Source of the DNA: Pseudomonadota bacterium
GTDB taxonomy: Bacteria > Pseudomonadota > Gammaproteobacteria > Burkholderiales > JBFMAC01
Assembly: GCA_040756015.1 (NCBI GenBank)
Contig: JBFMAC010000001.1
Location: 150,475 to 214,474 of the forward strand
Length of the DNA: 64,000 bases
Direction of reading: 5' to 3'
The notes under the pieces were generated by a model. It saw only the letters and a program-made list of their open reading frames with translations, was not told where the DNA came from and did no database searches. How positions within the stretch are numbered: the stretch's first letter is position 1; the number at the start of each line of letters is the position of its first letter. Shown one piece after another: positions 44,641-53,452 of this stretch. A program made the position numbers and the translations under genes.

Positions 44641-46797
44641 TTATCCCCTCATCCAGCGGTGATAGGCTTCCACCCATCCCAATACCCGCTGCGGTGCGTG
44701 GGCGCGCTTCCATTCCCCAGCCGCATATTTATTGGCCTCAGCCCAGGTGGGATACGGGTGGATCGTGGCCAGGATTTTGTTCAGCCCCAGCCCGTGCTTC
44801 ATGGCCAGCACGAACTCGGAGAGCAATTCCCCGGCATGCGCGCCGACAATCGTGACGCCCAAAATGCGATCCTTGCCCGGCTCGGTCAGCACCTTGATCC
44901 AGCCCTCGGCATGACCTTCGGCAATCGCGCGATCCAAGTCGTCCAGGCCATAGCGGGTTACCTCAAACGCGATGCCTTTCTCCCTAGCCTCGCGCTCATT
45001 GAGGCCCACCCGCGCAATTTCCGGATCGACGAAGGTCACCCACGGAATCACCGAATAGTCCACCTTGAAGCGTTTGAAGCGACCAAACAGCGCATTCACC
45101 GCCGCGTACCAAGCCTGGTGGGCGGCGGTATGGGTGAACTGATACGGGCCGGCCACATCGCCCGCCGCGTATATGTTGGGATAGAGCGTTTCGAGGTAAT
45201 CATTGGTCTGGATCGTGCGTTGCACCGGGATGCCCAGCTCTTCCAGTCCATAACCTTCCAGCCGCGCCTGGCGTCCGACCGCGACTACGATATCGTCGAA
45301 GGCGATGCGCCGCTCGCCGCCCGCCGCCGCTACGACCAGAACCTTGTCGTCGCCCTCGCGTTCGACGCGCAGCGCGCGATGCTCGACCAGCACCTCGACT
45401 CCATCGGCTTGCAAAGCACGGCGTGCGAAATCGGATACCTCATCGTCCTCACGCACCATTAGCCTGGGCGCCATTTCCACCTGAATGACAGCGGAACCGA
45501 GACGGGCAAAGCTCTGCGCCAACTCGCAGCCGATGGGGCCGCCGCCGAGCACGATGAGCCGCCCAGGAGCGCTGTCGCGATTCTTGAGGCGATCCCACAG
45601 CGTGTCCGAGGTGAGGTATTCGACCTTACCCAAACCCGGCAGCGGCGGTACAAACGGGCGAGCACCGGTGGCCAGCACGATGCTGCGGGCGCTCAGGCGT
45701 TCGGTTTTGCCTTGGGCGTCAGAGATCTCGACCGTCCACGGATCGACCAGCCGAGCCTTTCCCTGCCGGACATCCACACCGAGACCGGTATAGCGTTCGA
45801 TGCTGTCATGCGGCGCCACCGCGCCGATCACCTCATGCACCCGTGCCATCACCCGCTTGAACGAGAAGGTCGGCGCAGTGGATTCGAGACCAAAGTGGCC
45901 AGCATGGCGCATCTGATGCGCCGCTTTTGCGCTACGGATCAGTGCCTTGCTCGGCACACAACCGTAGTTGAGGCAATCGCCGCCCATCTTGTGGGCCTCG
46001 ATCAAGGTTACCTTGGCCTTGACCGCCGCAGCGATATAGGACGTTACGAGACCGGCAGCGCCAGCGCCTATCACGATCAGGTTACGGTCAAAACGGGTCG
46101 GACGCTGCCAACGCGCATACACGCGCCGCTGTTGCAACGCACGCAGTGCGCCTTTGGCGACCCAGGGGAATACTGCCAGCAGCGCGAACGAGCCCAGTAA
46201 GGCTAGGGACAAAATGTCGCTAGGCCGCTCGATCTGCGCCAGGCGGGTGCCGGCATTCACGTAGACCAACGTGCCCGCCAGCATTCCGAGCTGGCTCACC
46301 CAGTAAAACGTCCGAGCCCGCATCCTGGTCAGACCCAGCAAAAGATTGATCAAGAAAAACGGAATCACCGGCACCAGCCGCAAGGTGAACAGATAAAACG
46401 GCCCCTCTCGATTCACCCCCTCATTAATCGCCGTAAGCCGGGTGGCAAACCGCTGCTCGACCCAATCACGTAATAGATAGCGCGCCACCAGAAACGCCAG
46501 CAGCGCACCGAGGCTGGAGGCGAACGACACCAACACGGTGCCTTGAATCAGCCCAAACAATGCGCCGGCGGCCAGGGTCATCACGACCGCGCCCGGCAAG
46601 GACAGTGCCGCTACCGCGACATAGAGCAGAAAGAAGCCCGCCATCATCGACAATGGGTGTGCAGCTTGCCAGGCTTGAACGCGAGCGAGCTCAGCCTTCA
46701 GGGCTGCGAAGGTCAGCCATTGCGCACCGCCAAAATAAAAGAACAACCCAGCCAATGAAGCAATAGCCAGCAGCAAAATGATTTTTGTCTGTTTCAT
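44641..46797 (-). CDS. fusion of a DedA/TVP38-type membrane domain and a pyridine-nucleotide-disulfide oxidoreductase
   Basis: About 718 aa. The N-terminal ~220 aa are polytopic (RLVPVIPFFLINLLLG). The C-terminal part is a flavoprotein with the redox-active pair GGDCLNYGCVPSK. Confidence 0.8.
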   Translation of the reverse strand: MKQTKIILLLAIASLAGLFFYFGGAQWLTFAALKAELARVQAWQAAHPLSMMAGFFLLYVAVAALSLPGAVVMTLAAGALFGLIQGTVLVSFASSLGALLAFLVARYLLRDWVEQRFATRLTAINEGVNREGPFYLFTLRLVPVIPFFLINLLLGLTRMRARTFYWVSQLGMLAGTLVYVNAGTRLAQIERPSDILSLALLGSFALLAVFPWVAKGALRALQQRRVYARWQRPTRFDRNLIVIGAGAAGLVTSYIAAAVKAKVTLIEAHKMGGDCLNYGCVPSKALIRSAKAAHQMRHAGHFGLESTAPTFSFKRVMARVHEVIGAVAPHDSIERYTGLGVDVRQGKARLVDPWTVEISDAQGKTERLSARSIVLATGARPFVPPLPGLGKVEYLTSDTLWDRLKNRDSAPGRLIVLGGGPIGCELAQSFARLGSAVIQVEMAPRLMVREDDEVSDFARRALQADGVEVLVEHRALRVEREGDDKVLVVAAAGGERRIAFDDIVVAVGRQARLEGYGLEELGIPVQRTIQTNDYLETLYPNIYAAGDVAGPYQFTHTAAHQAWYAAVNALFGRFKRFKVDYSVIPWVTFVDPEIARVGLNEREAREKGIAFEVTRYGLDDLDRAIAEGHAEGWIKVLTEPGKDRILGVTIVGAHAGELLSEFVLAMKHGLGLNKILATIHPYPTWAEANKYAAGEWKRAHAPQRVLGWVEAYHRWMRG

Positions 46798-47762
46798 GCC
46801 GGGTCTCCATTTTTCAGCGCGCCACCACAACTGCTACCACAACCGGCTGTGCAACCGAAACAGTGATCGGCCACGCGGATCGGTGTGCCGTTCGGATCGT
46901 TCTGCAGCAAGTCGCGCAGATGCCGACGCCCGCCAGGCATCGGCAAACCCAACTGCTGGTTGAAGTCGCAGTCGTACAAATACCCTTGCCAATCCACGCT
47001 CACCAGGCTGCGGCACATCACGGAAGCGAGGTTTTCATTGCGATGATTGTTCTTGAGCAGGGTCATGTAGCCGTTGAACTGACCCTTCGAGATCAACCAG
47101 GAGCCGAAGCGGTTGATCGGCATGTTGGCCAGCGCGAACAATTGATTGAACACGATGCCGAAGTGCTCGAAAAGCTCGCGCTTGTAGGCCGCTTCCAGCG
47201 AAGCCTGATTTGGCGGCAAGCTGGGACCCTGCGGGTTGTAAACCAGGTTGAGGGTCAAACCGCTGCCGGACTGTCCGTAACCCAGCGCATTGAGTTTCTG
47301 CAAAGCGGCGATGCTCTTGTCGAACACGCCCTTACCGCGCTGCTTGTCCACGTTGTCCGCGCTGTAGCACGGTAGTGAGGCCACCACTTCCACTTGGTGG
47401 GCGGCGAGGAACTCGGCCAGATCCTCTTGGCCTGGCTCAAACAGGATGGTGAGGTTGCAGCGGTCGATGACATGCACGCCCAATTCATTAGCGGAGCGCA
47501 CCAGCGCACGGAACCCGCCGTGCAGTTCCGGGGCACCGCCAGTCAGATCCAAGGTCTTGATGCCTCTTGCTCGCAACACCTGCGGAATGAGCGCCAGCGT
47601 TGCCTCGCTCATCATTTCCTTGCGGGTCGGCCCGGCGTTGACATGGCAGTGCACGCAGGACTGATTGCAACGATATCCGAGGTTGACCTGCAGGGTCGTG
47701 AGGGTGTCGCGGGCAATGGCGGGAAAGTCGCCGACTTCCAGCAAGGGCAACGTGGCATGCAT
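46794..47762 (-). CDS. arsS: radical-SAM/Cys-rich protein, ArsS-type (arsenosugar biosynthesis family, TIGR04167-like)
   Basis: 322 aa from ATG 47760-47762 (AAGGAG SD). Has CNQSCVHC (CxxxCxxC) and a C-terminal Cys-rich tail HCFGCTAGCGSSCGG. Confidence 0.75.
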   Translation of the reverse strand: MHATLPLLEVGDFPAIARDTLTTLQVNLGYRCNQSCVHCHVNAGPTRKEMMSEATLALIPQVLRARGIKTLDLTGGAPELHGGFRALVRSANELGVHVIDRCNLTILFEPGQEDLAEFLAAHQVEVVASLPCYSADNVDKQRGKGVFDKSIAALQKLNALGYGQSGSGLTLNLVYNPQGPSLPPNQASLEAAYKRELFEHFGIVFNQLFALANMPINRFGSWLISKGQFNGYMTLLKNNHRNENLASVMCRSLVSVDWQGYLYDCDFNQQLGLPMPGGRRHLRDLLQNDPNGTPIRVADHCFGCTAGCGSSCGGALKNGDPA

Positions 47763-47912
47763 AAAAGGACTCCTTAGGCGAATGGCTAGGGGTTTCATCC
47801 CCCTCATAGGCCCTCAGTCGTCAGCTTTCGCCCATTTCTTACACAGAACAGCGTTGATCTGGGTGTAAGAACCAGGTCGTGGGCTACGACCAAGCTTCAC
47901 CAACCTCAACCC

Positions 47913-48494
47913 ATGGAGTCCATCATGACGCAACATTTCGTCGCGAAAGCCCTCAACCCCATCACGCTGGATACCGCTGACGCTGAGCAGAAGGCCGTAC
48001 TCGACGCCGCGCAGCAAGCTGTCGGTTTTATTCCCAACATGTACGCCAATATGGTCAATGTGCCCGGCGTGCTATCGACCTATTTGCATGGATATGCCGC
48101 TTTTCGTCAGAAGTCTGGCTTTAGCCCGGCCGAGCAAGAGGTCGTGTTTCTTGCCATCAGCCAATTCAACGGCTGCAACTACTGCACGGCGGCGCACAGC
48201 ATGCTGGCCGACAAGATGTCTGGCGTGCCCGCTCCGGTTCTGGCAGCGATCCGCGCCCACCAACCCATTCCAGATGCGAAATTGCAAGCGCTTTACAGCT
48301 TTGCTCAAGAAATGGTGAAGACTGGCGGCAAGCCGAGCCAGTCAACCGGTGAAGCCTTCCTTGCCGCTGGGTACACGGAAAACCACGCGTTGCAAGTGGT
48401 GCTGGCGTGCGCCGTCAAAACCTTGTCGAACTACAGCAACCATCTGTTTCAGACAGAGGTCGACGACAAGTTCGCAGCTTACAAGGTGGTCTGA
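47913..48494 (+). CDS. carboxymuconolactone decarboxylase (AhpD-like) family protein
   Basis: 193 aa with CxxC (GCNYCTAAH). Divergent from arsS. Confidence 0.75.
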   Translation: MESIMTQHFVAKALNPITLDTADAEQKAVLDAAQQAVGFIPNMYANMVNVPGVLSTYLHGYAAFRQKSGFSPAEQEVVFLAISQFNGCNYCTAAHSMLADKMSGVPAPVLAAIRAHQPIPDAKLQALYSFAQEMVKTGGKPSQSTGEAFLAAGYTENHALQVVLACAVKTLSNYSNHLFQTEVDDKFAAYKVV

Positions 48495-48529
48495 TGCAAT
48501 CGGTCCGGGTTGGTGAAAGAAGGCCAAGC

Positions 48530-48706
48530 ATGTCGGTACGCGCCTTTCTTCTCGACACCCTGACAAGAATCGGTTCTTCGATTTTTGCTGGCACGCTCGT
48601 ATCGTGTTTGATCGTAGAAAGACTGGAGCCTGTTCATTTGATTTTGATGGGGGTGGGGCTGATCTTCATGCTGAGCTCTTGGCCCCGCCAAGGAGAAAGT
48701 CCGTGA
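48530..48706 (+). CDS. small hydrophobic protein (tentative)
   Basis: 58 aa, MSVRAFLLDTLTRIGSSIFAGTLVSCLIVERLEPVHLILMGVGLIFMLSSW... Its end overlaps the grx GTG start. Confidence 0.35.
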   Translation: MSVRAFLLDTLTRIGSSIFAGTLVSCLIVERLEPVHLILMGVGLIFMLSSWPRQGESP

Positions 48707-48963
48707 AAACTGTCACCCTCTATAGCACCGACTGGTGCCCGTTCTGTGTGCGCGCCGAACAGTTGCTGGCGCGTAAGGGCGTGATGCCGGAAAAGATCAA
48801 CGTCGGCACGGCGCCTCATTTGCGGGAAGAAATGGTGAGCAAAAGCGGCGGGCGACGCAGCGTACCGCAGATTTTCATCGGAGAAACGCACGTTGGCGGG
48901 TTTGACGACCTGGCCGAATTGGATCGTCAAGGGCACCTGGATGCACTGCTTTCTGCCCCCTGA
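48703..48963 (+). CDS. grxC: glutaredoxin 3
   Basis: 86 aa from GTG 48703 (AGGAGAAAG SD). [19 protein letters not shown]...[15 protein letters not shown]. Confidence 0.85.
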   Translation: MKTVTLYSTDWCPFCVRAEQLLARKGVMPEKINVGTAPHLREEMVSKSGGRRSVPQIFIGETHVGGFDDLAELDRQGHLDALLSAP

Positions 48964-49096
48964 TAGGAGCCACTGTAAGAATCTGCGGAGCTTTAACGAC
49001 TATGGCTTGTCTGGCGCGAGAAGTCCGTGTCATTTGAGACCGAAGCGCCAGAAGTCAATGCGGTCCGCCGCACTTTTCACTCAACAGGAGATCACC

Positions 49097-49399
49097 ATGA
49101 GCAAACGCACTACAGCTACCGCACTCACACTCGCCCTCGGCGCAGCACTCGCCACCGCCGCACTGCCGACCTTTGCCGCCGACGACATGATGGCCGGCAA
49201 GGAGAAGTGTTTCGGCGTCGCTCTGAAAGGCAAGAACGACTGCAAGGCCGGAGCGGGTACCACCTGCGCAGGCACGGCGAAGAAGGACTATCAGGGCAAT
49301 TCGTTCAAGCTGGTTCCCGCCGGCACTTGCGAGAAAACCGCATCGCCGACTTCGCCCACGGGCAAGGGCCAGCTTCAGGAATTCAAGGAAAAGGCCTGA
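49097..49399 (+). CDS. bufA: DUF2282 / BufA1-type bufferin precursor peptide
   Basis: 100 aa from ATG 49097 (CAGGAG SD). Sec signal peptide and four conserved Cys ([24 protein letters not shown]...AGTCEK). Confidence 0.8.
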   Translation: MSKRTTATALTLALGAALATAALPTFAADDMMAGKEKCFGVALKGKNDCKAGAGTTCAGTAKKDYQGNSFKLVPAGTCEKTASPTSPTGKGQLQEFKEKA

Positions 49400-49402
49400 G
49401 GA

Positions 49403-50317
49403 ATGGGGAGCCGTGCGATGACGAACTATCTTCAGATTGATCCTTCGCCTCGCACGGCACTCCCCCTGCGCGCCGGTCTCGGGCTCAAGCCCGAGCATTT
49501 CCGCGACATTCTCGACGCCCAGCCCTCCTTGGGTTTCTTCGAGGTTCACGCAGAGAACTACATGGTGGCAGGCGGCCCCTTTCACCACTACCTGACGAAA
49601 ATCCGCGAGCGCTTCGCGCTCTCAATTCACGGTGTCGGACTCTCCATCGGCGGCGAAGCGCTGCTGGATCGCGCCCACCTCGAACGGCTCAAGACACTAC
49701 TCGACCGCTATCAGCCGGAGTCTTTTTCTGAACATCTGGCTTGGTCGAGTCATGGGCAAAATTTCTACAACGACCTGCTGCCAGCTCCGTATACCGACGC
49801 CACGCTGCGTCGAGTTTGCGAGCACATCGACCAAACCCAGTCCGCACTCAAGCGCTCGATGCTGCTGGAGAACCCGGCCACCTATGTCGAGTTCGAGGCT
49901 TCCACCTGGAACGAGGCCGATTTCATTGCCGAGATTGTCCAGCGAACAGGCTGCGGGTTGCTATTGGACGTCAACAATGTCTTTGTGAGCGCCGTCAACC
50001 ACCAGCGCGACGCCATTGCTTACATCGACAGTTTGCCGTTGGCAGCGGTCGGCGAGATCCATCTGGCCGGGTTTGCCGAGGACGTCGACGCGGCGGGCGC
50101 GAGGCTGCTCATCGACAGTCATGGCGCCCCGGTAGCCGAGGCCGTCTGGGCGCTGTACGAGCACACGATCCGGCGTCTCGGACCTACACCCACCCTGATC
50201 GAGCGCGATCAGAACATCCCGCCATTCGGCGTGTTGCTGGCCGAAGCGCGGGCCGCTGAACGCATCATGGGCACGGTCGGTACGCGGCATGCCCATGCAC
50301 TGCTGGAGGACGTGTGA
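49403..50317 (+). CDS. bufB: DUF692 (MbnB-like) iron enzyme, BufB
   Basis: GLGLKPEHF...FFEVHAENY...HGVGLSIGG...SEHLAW is the DUF692 signature. The start could be 49403 or 49418. Confidence 0.85.
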   Translation: MGSRAMTNYLQIDPSPRTALPLRAGLGLKPEHFRDILDAQPSLGFFEVHAENYMVAGGPFHHYLTKIRERFALSIHGVGLSIGGEALLDRAHLERLKTLLDRYQPESFSEHLAWSSHGQNFYNDLLPAPYTDATLRRVCEHIDQTQSALKRSMLLENPATYVEFEASTWNEADFIAEIVQRTGCGLLLDVNNVFVSAVNHQRDAIAYIDSLPLAAVGEIHLAGFAEDVDAAGARLLIDSHGAPVAEAVWALYEHTIRRLGPTPTLIERDQNIPPFGVLLAEARAAERIMGTVGTRHAHALLEDV

Positions 50318-51072
50318 TGGAAGCCTTCGCTAAACCGTTGCTCGATCCCGGATTGCCCCCGCCAACGGGCCTCAAGGCGTGGAACGGCTCCGACCCGGCG
50401 GCGCGCTACGCGGTGTATCGCAACAACGTCGTGATCTCGCTGATCGACGCTCTGGCCGATACTTTCCCGGTCGTGCGGCAACTCGTCGGCGAGGACTTTT
50501 TTCATGTCATGGCGCGTGAGCACGCCTGCAAGCATCCCCCCACCTCGCCGGTACTGGCATTCTACGGGCAGAATTTCCCCGATTTCATTGCCAACTTCGA
50601 GGCCGCTGCCAGCCTGCCATATTTGGCCGATGTCGCTCGACTGGAATGGGCCTACGTATGCGCCTTTCACGCGGCCGATGCGCAAAGCCTGGCACCCCAG
50701 GCTCTGTCCGGTCTATTGAGCCAGCCCGAGCGCTTAAGTCTGGCCCGTTTGCACTTCGCCCCAGCCGTGCGCCTGATTCGCTCGCGCCATGCCATCGTCT
50801 CGCTCTGGCAGGCCCACCAAAGCGAAGCAGATTGGTCAGGCATCGACCCAAGTCGTGCCGAATCGGTGCTCGTCGTGCGTCCGGAACTCAGCGTGCAGCT
50901 CATCCCTTTGAATGGGTCAGCCGCCGATTTTCTGGGCGAAATGATGGCGGGCCGTAGTCTGGCAGAGGCTTACGAGTGCTGTGCGCTGGACGACCCGCCA
51001 GACATCGCCGCCATTTTTTCCTTGCTGCTGCAGACGCATGCGCTCACGGCGCTGTCATTGATTGATGGATGA
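50314..51072 (+). CDS. bufC: DUF2063 partner protein, BufC
   Basis: 252 aa with a 4-nt overlap with buf[21 protein letters not shown]...[11 protein letters not shown]. Confidence 0.8.
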   Translation: MMEAFAKPLLDPGLPPPTGLKAWNGSDPAARYAVYRNNVVISLIDALADTFPVVRQLVGEDFFHVMAREHACKHPPTSPVLAFYGQNFPDFIANFEAAASLPYLADVARLEWAYVCAFHAADAQSLAPQALSGLLSQPERLSLARLHFAPAVRLIRSRHAIVSLWQAHQSEADWSGIDPSRAESVLVVRPELSVQLIPLNGSAADFLGEMMAGRSLAEAYECCALDDPPDIAAIFSLLLQTHALTALSLIDG

Positions 51073-51082
51073 GGAGACCGCC

Positions 51083-51598
51083 ATGTCAACACTAAGAACT
51101 TCTTTTCCAGCCCAAGCCCTTAGCTGGGCCATCGATATGCTTTCCCGAATTCCGCACTCGCTCATCGCCTTTGTCGGGCGGTTTGCCATTGCGGCGGTGT
51201 TCTGGAAATCGGGACAAACCAAGATCGAGGGTTTGGCTATCGATCTGATCGGCGGCGAATTTCACTGGGGCTGGCCGCATTTATCGGATAGCGCGCTGGA
51301 ACTTTTTCGCACCGAATACCGCCTGCCGCTGCTGCCGCCGGAACTCGCGGCGCCGATGGCCGCGTTTGCCGAGCATCTGTTTCCGCTACTGCTGCTGCTT
51401 GGCCTGGCCACGCGCTTTTCGGCGGCGGCCTTGTTGGGCATGACTGCGGTCATCCAGATTTTTGTTTACCCGGACGCCTATCCGACCCACGGCACCTGGG
51501 CCGCCGTTTTGCTGTACCTGATGGCTAAGGGCCCGGGCGTCTTTTCTCTGGATCATCTGATCGCCCGGCGTTGCACAACGCTCATCGCCACCAAGTGA
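51083..51598 (+). CDS. DoxX-family membrane protein
   Basis: 171 aa from ATG 51083 (GAGGAG SD), reading FVGRFAIAAVFWKSGQTKI. Confidence 0.8.
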   Translation: MSTLRTSFPAQALSWAIDMLSRIPHSLIAFVGRFAIAAVFWKSGQTKIEGLAIDLIGGEFHWGWPHLSDSALELFRTEYRLPLLPPELAAPMAAFAEHLFPLLLLLGLATRFSAAALLGMTAVIQIFVYPDAYPTHGTWAAVLLYLMAKGPGVFSLDHLIARRCTTLIATK

Positions 51599-51605
51599 GC
51601 GCGCA

Positions 51606-52394
51606 ATGAATGCGCTGCTGAACCGGTTCGGAGCTGCACTTGCCACCTACCTGTCCCGACCGGTTCACGTTCATAGCACGGCACCTGCCGTCACCGGCGA
51701 ACGTCTGTTGGCCGTCTTGCAGCCTGGCGACGTGCTGCTCGTTGAAGGCAACAGCCGTATCAGCTCGGCCATCAAGTACCTGACGCAATCGACCTGGTCG
51801 CACGCCGCGCTGTTTGTCGGATTCGATGCGCTGCGCCAAGTCGGGCGCGCCTCATCGCATTGCTTTGTCGAGGCGGATACCGTTGAAGGGGTGCGCAGCG
51901 TCGGCATCGAAGAATTTGACGGACTGCACACGCGGATCTGCCGCCCCATGGGACTGCGGAAACCAGATACACAACGACTCATCGAGCACGTCATCCAACG
52001 CTTGGGGCATCGCTATGACTTGCGCAATGTCTTCGACCTGGCGCGTTATCTGCTGCCCACCCCGCCGGTGCCACTTGGCCTACGCCGCAGGCTGATCCAG
52101 CTCGGCAGCGGCGATCCGACACGCGCGATCTGCTCCACATTGATTGCGCAGGCGTTTCAAGCTATCCAATACCCGATCCTGCCCATTGTCGAACACCATT
52201 CGGCAGAACGACCGGATTGCCCGGCCTGTATCGAGGAAATTCTGCGTGTGCGCCACCACAGTCTGTTTGCACCGCGCGACTTTGACGTCTCACCCTATTT
52301 TGCTGTCGTAAAACCCACGTTGGCGGAAGGATTCGACTACAAGCACCTGCACTGGCTGCACCGCGAGCCAGATCCGGATCAACGCGCGTCCTGA
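51606..52394 (+). CDS. permuted-papain (YiiX/NlpC-P60-like) family protein (tentative)
   Basis: 262 aa. LQPGDVLLVEGNSRISSAIKYLTQSTWSHAALFVG resembles this family. The function is not established here. Confidence 0.5.
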   Translation: MNALLNRFGAALATYLSRPVHVHSTAPAVTGERLLAVLQPGDVLLVEGNSRISSAIKYLTQSTWSHAALFVGFDALRQVGRASSHCFVEADTVEGVRSVGIEEFDGLHTRICRPMGLRKPDTQRLIEHVIQRLGHRYDLRNVFDLARYLLPTPPVPLGLRRRLIQLGSGDPTRAICSTLIAQAFQAIQYPILPIVEHHSAERPDCPACIEEILRVRHHSLFAPRDFDVSPYFAVVKPTLAEGFDYKHLHWLHREPDPDQRAS

Positions 52395-52600
52395 TCGTCC
52401 CGGTCCGGCGTCGTTGCCGACTCATCAGCGCCTTCTGCATAGGCGCGCACGATGCGACGCAGAACATGCATTTGGTCGCCAAAGTTGCGGCAACCGCTGC
52501 ACATCATCACGTGCATCTTGAGTGAGAGTTTTTCTCCCAATTTGAGTGGGTGCTCCTGTGCTTCCGACATCAGGCGGGTGGCCTCGCGACAGTTCAGCAT
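52379..52600 (-). CDS. zf-HC2 anti-sigma factor
   Basis: 73 aa from ATG 52598-52600, overlapping the sigma stop. MLNCREATRLMSE...HVMMCSGC. Confidence 0.75.
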   Translation of the reverse strand: MLNCREATRLMSEAQEHPLKLGEKLSLKMHVMMCSGCRNFGDQMHVLRRIVRAYAEGADESATTPDRDDQDAR

Positions 52601-53235
52601 GACTCGCCCTCCAGAAACCAGCGATTCTCCAAACACTCTCTCAGACGCAGTCGGGCACGGTGCAGCATGACATTCACGTTGCTCACGGTGAGGTCGAGCG
52701 CGGCGCAGATTTCGCTCGTTTCCAGCTCCACAAATTCGCGCATCATGAAAACGCGCCCCTGTTGGCCTGGCAAATGATCGAGACATGCCTCAAACACCCG
52801 CCAGAATTGCGCATTCTTGATCGTTGCCTCTGGGTCGGCCCATGCCTGCGGACGCTCATCGGCTTGCCAAAAACCTTTGCGATCAAAAAGCTCGTGAAAG
52901 TCCTCATCCTCCTCGTCAGAATGCAGGAGCTGACTGACCTCAACCAAGCGATGGCGTTGCCGCAGGGTATCGGCAATCTTGTTTTTGAGAATCGCAAAAA
53001 CCCAGGTCTTGAACGCAGCACGACCGGCAAATTTCTGCGCGTTCTTCATGGCACCGATCAACGCCTCCTGAACGGCATCTTCTGCCAAGTGCGTATCCGA
53101 CAATTGCAGTGAGGCAAACTTCACCATTTGACGACGCAAATCATCCAGAAATGCCGCGTCACGCATCCAACCATCATGGTTTGATCGGCGTATTCCGCCA
53201 TCATCGGCGGGCAGTGTTATTGCCTCATTATTCAT
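52594..53235 (-). CDS. ECF (sigma-70 family) RNA polymerase sigma factor
   Basis: 213 aa. Region 2 AEDAVQEALIGAM...FKTWVFAILKNK and a region 4 HTH. Confidence 0.88.
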   Translation of the reverse strand: MNNEAITLPADDGGIRRSNHDGWMRDAAFLDDLRRQMVKFASLQLSDTHLAEDAVQEALIGAMKNAQKFAGRAAFKTWVFAILKNKIADTLRQRHRLVEVSQLLHSDEEDEDFHELFDRKGFWQADERPQAWADPEATIKNAQFWRVFEACLDHLPGQQGRVFMMREFVELETSEICAALDLTVSNVNVMLHRARLRLRECLENRWFLEGESC

Positions 53236-53452
53236 TCCGACCCCTGTTCAGTTCATTGCGGACAGCCGAGTAACTTGAAACCAAATAAGGTACCAGATAA
53301 TTCAGCCCGAGTCGCCACCAGTCCACATTGTGACCACTGAATATGGCTTCCCCCTGATTGATAATGTTCAGCATCGTTCCGACGAACAAGGCGATCCTGA
53401 TCGCGCTGGTGGCAATGCGCGATGAAAACCACAGTCTGATTCCGCGCGTCAT
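53228..53452 (-). CDS. NrtS-like small membrane protein
   Basis: 74 aa from ATG 53450-52 (ATGA overlap with the HD-GYP stop). ALFVGTMLNIINQGEAIF...YLVPYLVSSYS. Confidence 0.6.
   Translation of the reverse strand: MTRGIRLWFSSRIATSAIRIALFVGTMLNIINQGEAIFSGHNVDWWRLGLNYLVPYLVSSYSAVRNELNRGRNE

Noticed and set aside
44641-46797. The DedA-flavoprotein fusion considered as the missing MerA.
   Set aside because: It has the CxxxxC redox pair of the disulfide-reductase family. But it lacks an NmerA/HMA domain and a C-terminal Cys-Cys, and it sits inside the ars/rSAM operon 16 kb from merTP.
46794-46860. Possible selenocysteine (in-frame TGA) in the C-terminal Cys-rich tail of the ArsS-type radical-SAM protein.
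   Set aside because: The tail reads HCFGCTAGCGSSCGG with ordinary Cys codons, and the ORF ends at a normal stop overlapping the next gene. There is no in-frame TGA and no SECIS-like need.
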